DNA from: Hyphomicrobiales bacterium | GTDB lineage: Bacteria; Pseudomonadota; Alphaproteobacteria; Rhizobiales; Beijerinckiaceae | Assembly: GCA_004144595.1 (NCBI GenBank) | Contig: SEEM01000012.1 | Span: forward strand, 14,680-78,679 | DNA: 64,000 nucleotides | Direction: 5' to 3' | In this document: positions 50,492-59,560 of the stretch, piece by piece | Numbering within the stretch: the first letter of the stretch is position 1 | Layout: every line of letters starts with the position of its first letter | Translations under genes and position numbers: made by a program | Notes under the pieces: generated by a model | The model's database searches: none | What the model was told of the DNA's origin: nothing | What the model saw: the letters and a program-made list of their open reading frames with translations, nothing else

Positions 50492-50575
50492 GGAAGCTCC
50501 TGTTTGGCCATCCCGGATCAAGCCGCGTGCCAGCTTTGCCTGTGCCGATCTGAAACCGCGCGTTCGGCGCGGCGC

Positions 50576-51562
50576 TCACAGCCCGAGGGCGCGAGCGATC
50601 TCGTCGGCGGCCGATGTCGCGGGCAGGTGCCCGGCGGCGACGGCTGCCTCCAGCTCCGGCGTGCGGGCTTTCAGCGCGGGATCGTGCCGCAGCTTCGCCT
50701 GAAGCCGGTCCTGCACCATCGCCCACATCCACTTCACATCCTGCCGGCGGCGCTTCTCGACGATCAGGCCCTTGGCCTCGAAGCGGGCGCGGTGATCCCT
50801 GACCATGGACCACAGGGCATCGAGACCGAGCCCGGTCAGCCCCGAGATCGTCACCACCGGTGTGCTCCACAAAGGCGTGGAAGGAGCGAGGATATGGAGC
50901 GCGGCCTTGTATTGCGCGGCGGCCGCGCGTGCGGCCATGGCGCCGTCACCATCGGCCTTGTTGACCGCGATCATGTCGGCGAGCTCGATGATGCCCTTCT
51001 TGATGCCCTGCAACTCGTCGCCGGCATTGGGCAGCATCAGCACCAGGAAGAAATCGGTGAGGTCGGCGACGGCGGTCTCCGACTGACCGACGCCGACGGT
51101 TTCGACCAGGATCACGTCGAAGCCGGCGGCCTCGCAGAGCAGCATGGTCTCACGGGTCTTGGCCGCGACGCCGCCGAGCGTGCCCGACGAAGGGGACGGG
51201 CGGATATAGGCGTCGGGGTCGACCGCGAGCCGGGCCATCCGCGTCTTGTCGCCGAGGATCGAGCCGCCGGTGCGGGTCGAGGAAGGATCGACGGCGAGCA
51301 CCGCGACCTTGTGGCCTTTTCCGGTCAGGTAAGTGCCCAGCGCATCGATCGTGGTCGATTTGCCGACGCCGGGGACGCCGGTGATGCCGACCCGGACCGC
51401 CCGCCCGGTATGAGGCAAAAGCCGCTGGATCAGGGCCTGCGCCTGCTCGCGATGGTCGGCGCGGCGCGATTCCGCCAGCGTGATCGCACGCGCCAGTGCC
51501 GCACGTTCGCCCGCGAGGATGGCGTCGCCGAGCGGATCGGCTGGAGAGCTGCTGTCGACCAT
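50576..51562 (-). CDS. meaB: Methylmalonyl-CoA mutase-associated GTPase
   Basis: [31 protein letters not shown] and NKAD motifs. Confidence 0.95.
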   Translation of the reverse strand: MVDSSSPADPLGDAILAGERAALARAITLAESRRADHREQAQALIQRLLPHTGRAVRVGITGVPGVGKSTTIDALGTYLTGKGHKVAVLAVDPSSTRTGGSILGDKTRMARLAVDPDAYIRPSPSSGTLGGVAAKTRETMLLCEAAGFDVILVETVGVGQSETAVADLTDFFLVLMLPNAGDELQGIKKGIIELADMIAVNKADGDGAMAARAAAAQYKAALHILAPSTPLWSTPVVTISGLTGLGLDALWSMVRDHRARFEAKGLIVEKRRRQDVKWMWAMVQDRLQAKLRHDPALKARTPELEAAVAAGHLPATSAADEIARALGL

Positions 51563-51685
51563 GCCGCCAGTTAGCAAGCCGAGGGCGCGGGCGACAAGGC
51601 AGTCACTTGCTTCATCACTGTGTCATGCGCGCCTCTTGTGAATCCGCCTTGGCGGTGAGACGGTTCGGCGATGATTTGCGTGGCG

Positions 51686-52837
51686 ATGCGGCTTCGTTTT
51701 TTCCTGTTGGTCGTGCTTTTGCCGTTGGCGCTGGCAGCCTGCGGCACGCCGCGCGTGCTGGAGCTGAGCGCAGCGCCGAAGGCGGAGGTCGCTGGAACCG
51801 TCCAGATCTACGTCGCGACGACACGCGAGGTCTCGGCGCAGCCGGTCTATTTCAGCGGCGAGCGCGGGCCCAAGCTTTCCTTCGCACGGCTCGACATCAC
51901 CGTGCCGCTTACCCATCAATCCGGCAATCTGGAGCTGCCGGATTCGGGGCCGGGCGATCCGGCGAAGCATTTCACCGCAACCAACCTCCAGAAGCTCGAC
52001 CTTGCGCCGATCGTCTCCGACGTCCGCAAGGAACTGCAGCGGCGGCCAGCCTCGCAACGCGACGTGCTGGTCTTCGTCCACGGCTACAACACGAACTTCG
52101 CCGATGCCGCTTATCGCTTCGCGCAGATCGTTTACGATTCCGGCTTCAAGGGCGTACCGGTGCTTTTCACCTGGCCCTCGCGCGGCCAGCTCCTGGCCTA
52201 CCCGTATGATCGCGAGAGCGCCTTCTATTCCCGCGATTTCCTCGAAGCGAACCTGCGTGCCATCGCCCGCGATCTCGGCCCGTCGCGCATGGATATCCTC
52301 GCCCATTCCATGGGCACTCTCCTGACGCTCGAGACGCTGCGCCAGGCTGCGATCCGCGGCGACGGCACTTTCGGCGGCAAGCTGCGCGACGTCATGCTCG
52401 CGGCGCCCGACGTCGATCTCGATGTGTTCCGGACCCAGATGCGGGAAATCCGGCGGCCGGTGACGGTCTTCGTTTCGGCCGACGACCGGGCGCTCGACTT
52501 TTCCAGGCGCTTCGCCGGCGACAAGACGCGCCTGGGCGCGGTGTCAAGCAAGGATACGGAAACGATCGCGGAGCTGGAAAAGCTTGGGGTGCGGCTGATC
52601 GACCTGTCCGAGGTCGCGTCCGGGGATAGCTTGAACCACGCGAAATTCGCGTCCTCGCCGAAAGTGGTGCAGCTCATCGGCCAGAGGCTGCAGCAGGACA
52701 AGGGCATCGGCTTCGCCGGGCCGCAATTCGGCGACCGGCTTGGCGATGTCGCAGGCGGGGTCGTGGGCACGGTCGGCTCGACGGTCGGGCTCGTCGTCAC
52801 CGCGCCGCTCACCATCATCTCCGGCGCGACACGGTGA
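51686..52837 (+). CDS. Alpha/beta hydrolase lipoprotein (DUF900-like)
   Basis: Lipobox LAAC; FVHGYN, FTWPS, AHSMG and APDVD motifs. Confidence 0.88.
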   Translation: MRLRFFLLVVLLPLALAACGTPRVLELSAAPKAEVAGTVQIYVATTREVSAQPVYFSGERGPKLSFARLDITVPLTHQSGNLELPDSGPGDPAKHFTATNLQKLDLAPIVSDVRKELQRRPASQRDVLVFVHGYNTNFADAAYRFAQIVYDSGFKGVPVLFTWPSRGQLLAYPYDRESAFYSRDFLEANLRAIARDLGPSRMDILAHSMGTLLTLETLRQAAIRGDGTFGGKLRDVMLAAPDVDLDVFRTQMREIRRPVTVFVSADDRALDFSRRFAGDKTRLGAVSSKDTETIAELEKLGVRLIDLSEVASGDSLNHAKFASSPKVVQLIGQRLQQDKGIGFAGPQFGDRLGDVAGGVVGTVGSTVGLVVTAPLTIISGATR

Positions 52838-52947
52838 TGTCGCCTCCGTGCAACGCTGGCGCCGCTTCGGGCAGGCTCTCGCGCTTTTGCCCCATTCTGG
52901 CCGCCTTGACCTGCCCTTAGAGGTCCGGCTGCCAGCTCGGCCCCTCA

Positions 52948-53976
52948 ATGTCTGACCGGATGCCTGTCTCAATGCCCGTTACAAGGCGCGCTTTTTCATG
53001 TCGTTCGCTGGCGCTTGCCGCGTTCCTGCCGCTCGGGCTTGCCGCCTGCGCGCAGAGCGAGGCCAGCGTATCGCCCTTTTCCGAGCCGGAGCGCGCCGAT
53101 ACCTCGGGGCTCGGCAAGGACCCGCGCCTGCTCGTCATGACGACGCGTCGCTCGACGGGCAATGCGACGCCCTATTTCAACACCGACCGCGGCCCGCTGA
53201 CTTTCGCCGAGGCGCGGCTGTCGCCGCCGGGGCGCGGTATCACGGGGCGTGTCTCCTCGGCGGTCAGCGGCGACTGGGCTGTGCTCGGGGTTTCGCGCGA
53301 GACCTCCGGGGATGCAGCGAGGGCACTCTCGGAGTCCGTGAACGGGCGCGATGTGCTGCTCTATATCCACGGCTTCAACGAGACCTTCGAAACGGCCGCG
53401 CGCAGTGCTGGCCAGTTGTCGCATTCGCTGGAGTTCCAGGGGCGTACGGTCCTGTTCACCTGGCCCTCCGGCGGCAAGCTCTTCGATTACGCCTATGATC
53501 GGGAGAGCGCGCTCTGGTCGCGCGATGGCTTTGTCCAGTCGCTGCAGGCCCTTGTCGCCAACCCGACAGTCGGCCGCATCCATATCGTCGCCCACTCCAT
53601 GGGGACCTTCCTGACGCTGGAAGGCCTGCGGGAACTGCGCGATTCCCAGGAGATCTACGCCCGGATCGGCTCGGTCGTCTTGGCCTCGCCCGATGTCGAC
53701 ATCGACGCCTTCGAGCAGACGGTGAAGAAGCTCGGGCCTTTGGCCCAGCGCATGACCGTGATCATCGATCCCGGTGACCGGGCGCTGGCCGTCTCCGCCC
53801 GCATCGCCGGTGGCGTGGCACGCGCTGGCGCCGCGGATCGCTCGCGGCTCGAGACCTTGGGCGTCAGGGTCGCTGATACCTCCGGCCGGGGCTGGAGCAT
53901 GCTGCGCCACGACCTCTTCCTGTCCAACAGCGAGGTCACGCAGGTCGTGCGCCGCGCCATGGACCGAGGCGTCTAG
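52948..53976 (+). CDS. Alpha/beta hydrolase lipoprotein (DUF900-like), tandem paralog
   Basis: TRRAF plus LAAC signal; YIHGFN, FTWPS, AHSMG and SPDVD motifs; exact start uncertain. Confidence 0.86.
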   Translation: MSDRMPVSMPVTRRAFSCRSLALAAFLPLGLAACAQSEASVSPFSEPERADTSGLGKDPRLLVMTTRRSTGNATPYFNTDRGPLTFAEARLSPPGRGITGRVSSAVSGDWAVLGVSRETSGDAARALSESVNGRDVLLYIHGFNETFETAARSAGQLSHSLEFQGRTVLFTWPSGGKLFDYAYDRESALWSRDGFVQSLQALVANPTVGRIHIVAHSMGTFLTLEGLRELRDSQEIYARIGSVVLASPDVDIDAFEQTVKKLGPLAQRMTVIIDPGDRALAVSARIAGGVARAGAADRSRLETLGVRVADTSGRGWSMLRHDLFLSNSEVTQVVRRAMDRGV

Positions 53977-54039
53977 AGCATCGGCCCGAAAAGTGGCACG
54001 CGGTGTTCGCAACAAGCCGATGCAAAATCAAATCTCGAG
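53973..54039 (+). repeat. 67-bp CTAG-ended palindromic/MITE-like element, left copy
   Basis: CTAGAGCATCGGCCCGAAAAGTGG...AAGCCGATGCAAAATCAAATCTCGAG; overlaps the TAG stop of the upstream gene. Confidence 0.8.
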
Positions 54040-54051
54040 GGGACAGCCGAC

Positions 54052-54936
54052 ATGCAGCGGCTTGGCAGAGGGTTAACGGCCGCAGCACTGGTGCTTTGCT
54101 TCGGCCTTTCCGCGGCCTCTGCCGAAACGCCGGCGCTGTTCGCTCCGACCGGAGCCGATGAGGGCAGCTATGTCGATCCGCTGCCGGCGACCGTCGCGGT
54201 GTCGACCTATGTGCCGCCGGCCTGCGCCGCGAAACCCTGCCCGCTGCTGATCGCGATCCACGGCATGGGCCGCAATGCGAAAAGCGCGCGCGACGCCTGG
54301 AAGGCCGCCTCTGACCAGCAGGGGGTCCTGGTTCTGGCTCCGCGCTTCGACAAGGATCAGTTCCCGAGCCGCGGTTTCCAGCAGGGCGGGGTACGCGGCG
54401 AGCCGGACCAGACCAAATGGACATTCGGCCTGATCGAGCGGCTGTTCGACGCCGCCCGCGCCAGCGGCCGCGTTGCCGGGAACAGCTACACGATCTTCGG
54501 CCATTCGGCCGGCGCCCAGTTCGTACACCGCATGGTCATGCTGATGCCGGACGCGAGGATCGCGACGGCGGCCGTGGCCAATGCCGGCTATTACACTCTG
54601 CCAGCCCAGGCGGGCGAGCGCGCCTATCCCTATTCGCTCAAGGGAACGCCTGCCGTCGACGCGACGCTCGCAGCCGCCCTGTCCAGGCCGATGCTGGTGA
54701 TGCTGGGTGATCGTGACACTGATCCCGACCACCACCAGCTCAACAAGTCCCGCGGTGCCGAGGAGCAGGGGCCGACCCGTTTCGCCCGCGGGGAGCACTT
54801 CATGGCAGCCGCTCGCGACGAAGCGCGTCGTCTCGGCGTGGCGTTGCGCTGGCGCGAGGTCGTGGTTCCCGGCGTGGCGCATCAGCAGAGCGGGATGGCC
54901 AAGGCCGCGGCGGCCGCGTTGTTCAGCGCCCGCTGA
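54052..54936 (+). CDS. Secreted alpha/beta hydrolase
   Basis: Signal peptide; IHGMGRN, GHSAGAQF, NAGYY and VPGVAH motifs. Confidence 0.82.
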   Translation: MQRLGRGLTAAALVLCFGLSAASAETPALFAPTGADEGSYVDPLPATVAVSTYVPPACAAKPCPLLIAIHGMGRNAKSARDAWKAASDQQGVLVLAPRFDKDQFPSRGFQQGGVRGEPDQTKWTFGLIERLFDAARASGRVAGNSYTIFGHSAGAQFVHRMVMLMPDARIATAAVANAGYYTLPAQAGERAYPYSLKGTPAVDATLAAALSRPMLVMLGDRDTDPDHHQLNKSRGAEEQGPTRFARGEHFMAAARDEARRLGVALRWREVVVPGVAHQQSGMAKAAAAALFSAR

Positions 54937-54940
54937 TATC

Positions 54941-55007
54941 CTAGTGCTCTGATTTCGCATCGGCTTTTTCCGAAAACCGCCAGCCGCTTTTCGGGCCGAT
55001 GCTCTAG
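54941..55007 (-). repeat. 67-bp CTAG-ended palindromic/MITE-like element, right (inverted) copy
   Basis: Reverse complement is CTAGAGCATCGGCCCGAAAAGCGG...AAGCCGATGCGAAATCAGAGCACTAG; overlaps the TAG stop of the Lrp gene. Confidence 0.8.
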
Positions 55008-55474
55008 ACCGGCGGCAGGCCGGAGCGCTTCTTGATCGTCGCCAGCGCGAAATTGGATTCGACCGACTGGATGCATTTCAGCCGCGTCGCCTTCTGCTTC
55101 AGGAAGCGCTCATAGCCCTCGATGCCATCCGTGACGACGCGCAGCAGGTAGTCCTGCGAGCCGGTCATCAGGTAGCACTCGGCGACTTCGCTCCAGCTTT
55201 CGACGGCTTTCTCGAATTCGGCGATCTGCTCCTGGTTCTGCTGGGTCAGGCGCACCGAGACGAAGACGCTGAAGGGCAGGCCATAGGCCTTGGGGTCTAC
55301 GACGGCCGTATAGCCCTGGATGACGCCTGTCTCCTCGAGCCGCTTCAGGCGTCTCAGGCACGGCGTCGGCGACAGCCCCACCCGCTGCGACAGGTCCTGG
55401 TTGGTGATGCGCCCATCCTCGCGCAGCACGGCGAGAATCCGGCGGTCGATGCTGTCGAGCACGATATGCTCCAT
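55004..55474 (-). CDS. Lrp/AsnC family transcriptional regulator
   Basis: LDSIDRRIL, VGLSPTPCLRRLKRLE and MTGSQDYLL motifs; divergent from a PLP lyase gene. Confidence 0.93.
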   Translation of the reverse strand: MEHIVLDSIDRRILAVLREDGRITNQDLSQRVGLSPTPCLRRLKRLEETGVIQGYTAVVDPKAYGLPFSVFVSVRLTQQNQEQIAEFEKAVESWSEVAECYLMTGSQDYLLRVVTDGIEGYERFLKQKATRLKCIQSVESNFALATIKKRSGLPPV

Positions 55475-55607
55475 CTGGAATGAAATTGAGCAGAAAGATG
55501 TTCCGGCCATAGCAGGATGATGCTGATCGGCCAAGCAATGGCGCCATGATGGGAATAATCTGGTGGCAGAAACCGGCCTGCGTCGCAGGATCGCAAGGGA
55601 GACGGCC

Positions 55608-56891
55608 ATGAGCGCAGACAACTACCACAAGGACCGGATCGCCAACCGCAAGCTCCATCCCGAGACGCTGATGATGGGGTTCGGCTATTCGCCGGCCATG
55701 TCGGAGGGCTCGCTCAAGCCGCCGGTCTTCCTGACCTCGACCTTCGTTTTCGAGAACGCCCAGCAGGGCAAGGACTTCTTCGATTTCACCTCGGGTCGGC
55801 GCCAGCCCAAGCCCGGCGAAAAGCCCGGCCTCGTCTATTCGCGCTTCAACCACCCGAACATGGAAATCCTCGAGGATCGCCTGGCGATCTGGGACGAGGC
55901 CGAAAAATGCGCGGTCTTCGCCTCCGGCATGGCCGCGATTGCGACGACGTGCTTCGCCTTCCTGCGCCCGGGCGACACGATCCTGCATTCGCGGCCGCTC
56001 TATGGCGGCACCGAGACGCTGCTGAAGAACCAGATGGGCGCCTTCGGCGTCACGCCCTTCGGCTTCACCGATGGGCTCGACATCGAGCAGATGCGTGACG
56101 TCGCGCGGGCTGCGGCCGCCAAGGGGCGCGTCGCGATGATCCTGGTCGAGACCCCCGCCAACCCGACCAACGGCCTCGTCGATCTCGCCGCCTGCAAGAC
56201 GATCGCCGACGAACTGGAGACGTCGCAGGGCCACCGCCCGCCTGTCGTCGTCGACAACACCATGCTCGGCCCGAAATACCAGAAGCCGCTCAAGCAGGGC
56301 GCCGACCTGTCGCTGCTCTCGCTGACCAAATATGTCGGCGGCCATTCCGACCTCGTCGGCGGCTCGATCAGCGGCTCGGAAGCCCTCGTCCGTCAGGTCA
56401 AGGCCTGGCGCGGCTCGCTCGGCACGCAGGCCGATCCGAACTCCTGCTGGATGCTGATGCGCTCGCTGGAGACGCTCGACATCCGCATGAGCCGCGCCAA
56501 CGAGAACGCCAAGCTGGTGGCCGAGTACCTCGAGAGCCATCCCAAGGTCGCCAGGGTCCACTATCTCGGCAATCTCAATGACGGCGACCCGCGCAAGGCC
56601 GTCTTCGACCGCCAGTGCACGGCGGCGGGCTCGACCTTCGCCTTCGACGTCAAGGGCGGCGAGAAGGAAGCTTTCGCGCTGCTCGACAACCTCCAGATCA
56701 TGAAGCTCGCGGTCAGCCTCGGCGGCACCGAGACCCTGGTCTCTCATCCGGCCGCGATGACCCATTCCGGCGTCGCCCGCGAATTGCGCGAGGAGATCGG
56801 CCTGACCGATGCACTGATCCGCATCTCCGTCGGCATCGAGAACATCGAGGACCTGATCTCGGATCTGGCCCAGGCCTTCGAGGCGGTTTGA
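55608..56891 (+). CDS. Cystathionine gamma-synthase family PLP enzyme (methionine gamma-lyase-like)
   Basis: YSRFNHP, SGMAAI, ETPANPT, VDNT, SLTKYVGGHSD and AVSLGG motifs. Confidence 0.9.
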   Translation: MSADNYHKDRIANRKLHPETLMMGFGYSPAMSEGSLKPPVFLTSTFVFENAQQGKDFFDFTSGRRQPKPGEKPGLVYSRFNHPNMEILEDRLAIWDEAEKCAVFASGMAAIATTCFAFLRPGDTILHSRPLYGGTETLLKNQMGAFGVTPFGFTDGLDIEQMRDVARAAAAKGRVAMILVETPANPTNGLVDLAACKTIADELETSQGHRPPVVVDNTMLGPKYQKPLKQGADLSLLSLTKYVGGHSDLVGGSISGSEALVRQVKAWRGSLGTQADPNSCWMLMRSLETLDIRMSRANENAKLVAEYLESHPKVARVHYLGNLNDGDPRKAVFDRQCTAAGSTFAFDVKGGEKEAFALLDNLQIMKLAVSLGGTETLVSHPAAMTHSGVARELREEIGLTDALIRISVGIENIEDLISDLAQAFEAV

Positions 56892-56922
56892 GATAGCAAT
56901 GGCACCGGTCGCTGCGCCGGCC

Positions 56923-57246
56923 TCAGCCGAGGCCGAGAAACAGCGCCAGCGACCGATTGACCGCGATCATCATCTCGGGATCGAGGCGGCCAAAGGCTCG
57001 GCCGATCCGGTCCCGGCGCACGGTCATCGCCTTGTCGACCATGATCTGGGAGGCAAGGCGCAAGCCGTTCGTTGCGTCGGGCTCGACAGTCAAGCGGATC
57101 AGCGGCGCATCGACGAGATCGCTGGACATGAGCAGCAGGGTCACCGTCGCGGTCAGCTCGAACGGGTCGGCCTGAACGACGAGGGCAGGGCGGGGCTTCC
57201 CGAAATCCCCGGCGAGCGCCACGGTGACGAGGTCGCCGCGCTTCAT
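56923..57246 (-). CDS. Type II toxin, PemK/MazF family
   Basis: MKRGDLV, GKPRPALVVQ, NGL and SQIMVDK motifs. Confidence 0.92.
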   Translation of the reverse strand: MKRGDLVTVALAGDFGKPRPALVVQADPFELTATVTLLLMSSDLVDAPLIRLTVEPDATNGLRLASQIMVDKAMTVRRDRIGRAFGRLDPEMMIAVNRSLALFLGLG

Positions 57247-57464
57247 TCAGCGGCGCGCTCCAAGTCTTCAAGGGCGGCGTCCAGAAACGCATCCAGGTCC
57301 CGATCGGCGCGGTCGCCAATGGCGACGAGGCGTGCCTGACGCCGGCATTCCTCGTTGAAGCCGGGCCGCCGCACATCGGGAAGCCAGATCTGCACCGGCC
57401 GCAAGCCGGCAGCCCGCAAGGCCTCCCGGCGCTTCTGGACACGTCTGGCGGTCGAACTGGCCAT
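57243..57464 (-). CDS. Antitoxin, MazE-like (DUF3018)
   Basis: RVQKRREALRAAGLRPVQIWLPDVR motif; ATGA overlap with the toxin gene. Confidence 0.9.
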   Translation of the reverse strand: MASSTARRVQKRREALRAAGLRPVQIWLPDVRRPGFNEECRRQARLVAIGDRADRDLDAFLDAALEDLERAAE

Positions 57465-57477
57465 GTGGATCGCTCCG

Positions 57478-57501
57478 GCAAGCGTTACATGTAACGCTTG
57501 C
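57478..57501. promoter_or_regulatory. Perfect 24-bp palindrome, probable TA autoregulatory operator
   Basis: GCAAGCGTTACATGTAACGCTTGC, 13 bp upstream of the antitoxin start. Confidence 0.75.
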
Positions 57502-57535
57502 TCGCGAGCCCTGCAAGGCTGCCGGGCGTAGCGGC

Positions 57536-58273
57536 TTAGACGCCAATCCGTCCCCAGCCCGGCAGCTTCAGTGCCGGGCTGCGAAGGTCCAGCCCGGCGA
57601 CGAGGCCGAGCAGGTTGATCTCGATGCCTTCGACCCAGCCCACGGTGACGCCGGCAAGGCCGTAGAGCGAGGCCTGGATTCCGGTGCGGCTGGCGGTCAG
57701 CCCGGCGAAGAGGCCGTCGGCGCGCCAGTCCTTGCCGAGAGCGGTCGGCGGCAGTGCCTGCCGGAGTTCGGGCACCTCCGCCATGACGTGCTGGACGAAG
57801 CTGTTCGAGTTCGGCCCCGGCCAGGCGAGATAGCTGCCGGGGCTGGCATAGGCATAATCGGCCACGGCCGCGCGGATGCGCGGGATCAGTCTCTCGGCGG
57901 CCTCGCCGCGGATTTCGGTGACGGGTTCCGGCAGGTTGCCGAACCAGCGGCCATCGGCTTCCCGGTGGTTGACCCTGAGCGGCGCGCCCCAGCCGACGAC
58001 GTCGAAGCGCGTATAGGCGCCGGCACCACGCTCCTTCACCACGATCCAGGAATGATGAGCGAAGATGCCGCGCCAGCGCCCGACACGCGCGGCGAAGACA
58101 TGCACGGTCGCTTCAGGCTCGACCGATGCGGCAGGCAGCAGTTTCGCGCTCGTCCAGTCGGCGCGCTGCCAATTGGGCGCGTGCGTGTGCCAGGTCCACC
58201 AGCCGGCATGGCTCGCGAGCGGCAGCAGGAAGGCGACCGCGAAGAACAGCAAAAAGCGGCGGAGAAAGCGCAT
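57536..58273 (-). CDS. DUF3750 domain protein
   Basis: WRGIFAHHSWI, RFDVVGWG, WPGPNSNSF and PPTALGKD motifs. Confidence 0.8.
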   Translation of the reverse strand: MRFLRRFLLFFAVAFLLPLASHAGWWTWHTHAPNWQRADWTSAKLLPAASVEPEATVHVFAARVGRWRGIFAHHSWIVVKERGAGAYTRFDVVGWGAPLRVNHREADGRWFGNLPEPVTEIRGEAAERLIPRIRAAVADYAYASPGSYLAWPGPNSNSFVQHVMAEVPELRQALPPTALGKDWRADGLFAGLTASRTGIQASLYGLAGVTVGWVEGIEINLLGLVAGLDLRSPALKLPGWGRIGV

Positions 58274-58437
58274 GAGACAGGGTATGTGGATGACGGTGCG
58301 CGCCGACAAGATGGCCGCCGTTCACGCTTGCGTCAGGCGCAGCTTGGCTGTGCGCTGACGTTCCGCCGCGCCTTCTGGCGGTTGATGCCAGGGGGAAAGC
58401 TGGTAGCCTGCGCGCTCCAACACGATGGAGGGGCGGA

Positions 58438-59550
58438 TTGGGTAGGACGACGACGCGACTGAGCGGGGCGATTGCGGCCTGTGCGATCGGATTGGGGCTT
58501 CTGGCCACACCGGTGGCCGCGCAGGACAAGCAACTGCGCATCTTCAACTGGTCGGATTATGTCGATCCGGAGGTGCTCGACGCCTTCAAGAAGGAAACCG
58601 GCATCACTGTCGTCTACGATACCTTCGATCAGATGGAGACGGTCGAGACCAAGCTTCTCGCCGGCAAGACCGGCTACGACCTGATCGTGGTCACCGCCTC
58701 CTTCCTGCCGCGTCACATCCCGCTCGGCATCTACCAGCCGATCGACAGGGACAAGGCGCCCAATCTCAAGAACCTCTGGCCTGAAATCCAGACGCGGCTT
58801 TCCAAATACGATCCCGGCAACAAATACGCCGTGAACTACATGTGGGGCACCACGGGGATCGGCTACAACACCGCCAAGATCAAGGAGCGCCTCGGCCCCG
58901 ATGCGGTGGTCGATAGCTGGAAGATCGTCTTCGAGCCGGAGACGTTGAAGAAGCTCTCCAATTGCGGTGTGCATGTGCTCGACGCGGTCGAGGAGATGTT
59001 CCCGGCCGCCTTGCGCTATCTCGGGCTCGATCCGGATTCCAAGAGCGAGGCCGATCTCAACAAGGCCGGCGATCTCCTGCGCAAGATCCGCCCGCATATC
59101 CAGAAATTCCACTCGTCGGAATATATCAACGCCCTGGCGAACGGCGATATCTGCCTGGCCGTCGGCTATTCCGGCGACATCCTGCAGGCCAAGAAGCGGG
59201 CCGAGGAGGCCAAGAACGGAGTCCAGATCGCCTATTCGATCCCGAAGGAAGGCGCGCTGATGTGGTTCGATTCCTTCGTGGTACCGAAGGATGCCGGCAA
59301 TGTCGAGGCTGCCCTGAAGTTCATCGACTTCGTCAACAAGCCCGAGATGGCGGCGAAGAACTCGGATTTCATCCAGTATGCCAATGGCAATCTCGCCTCG
59401 AAGCCGTTCCTGTCGGCAGCGGTGCGCGACAATCCCGGCATCTATCCTTCGGACACGGTGATGGCGCGGCTCTATACGATCACGCCCTATGACCAGAAGG
59501 CCCAGCGGCTGGTGAACCGGCTCTGGACCCGCGTCAAGACCGGCAAGTGA
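58438..59550 (+). CDS. potF: Polyamine ABC substrate-binding protein
   Basis: FNWSDY, YMWGTTGIGYN, GYSGD and PKEG motifs. Confidence 0.88.
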   Translation: MGRTTTRLSGAIAACAIGLGLLATPVAAQDKQLRIFNWSDYVDPEVLDAFKKETGITVVYDTFDQMETVETKLLAGKTGYDLIVVTASFLPRHIPLGIYQPIDRDKAPNLKNLWPEIQTRLSKYDPGNKYAVNYMWGTTGIGYNTAKIKERLGPDAVVDSWKIVFEPETLKKLSNCGVHVLDAVEEMFPAALRYLGLDPDSKSEADLNKAGDLLRKIRPHIQKFHSSEYINALANGDICLAVGYSGDILQAKKRAEEAKNGVQIAYSIPKEGALMWFDSFVVPKDAGNVEAALKFIDFVNKPEMAAKNSDFIQYANGNLASKPFLSAAVRDNPGIYPSDTVMARLYTITPYDQKAQRLVNRLWTRVKTGK

Positions 59551-59560
59551 CCGCGACAAA

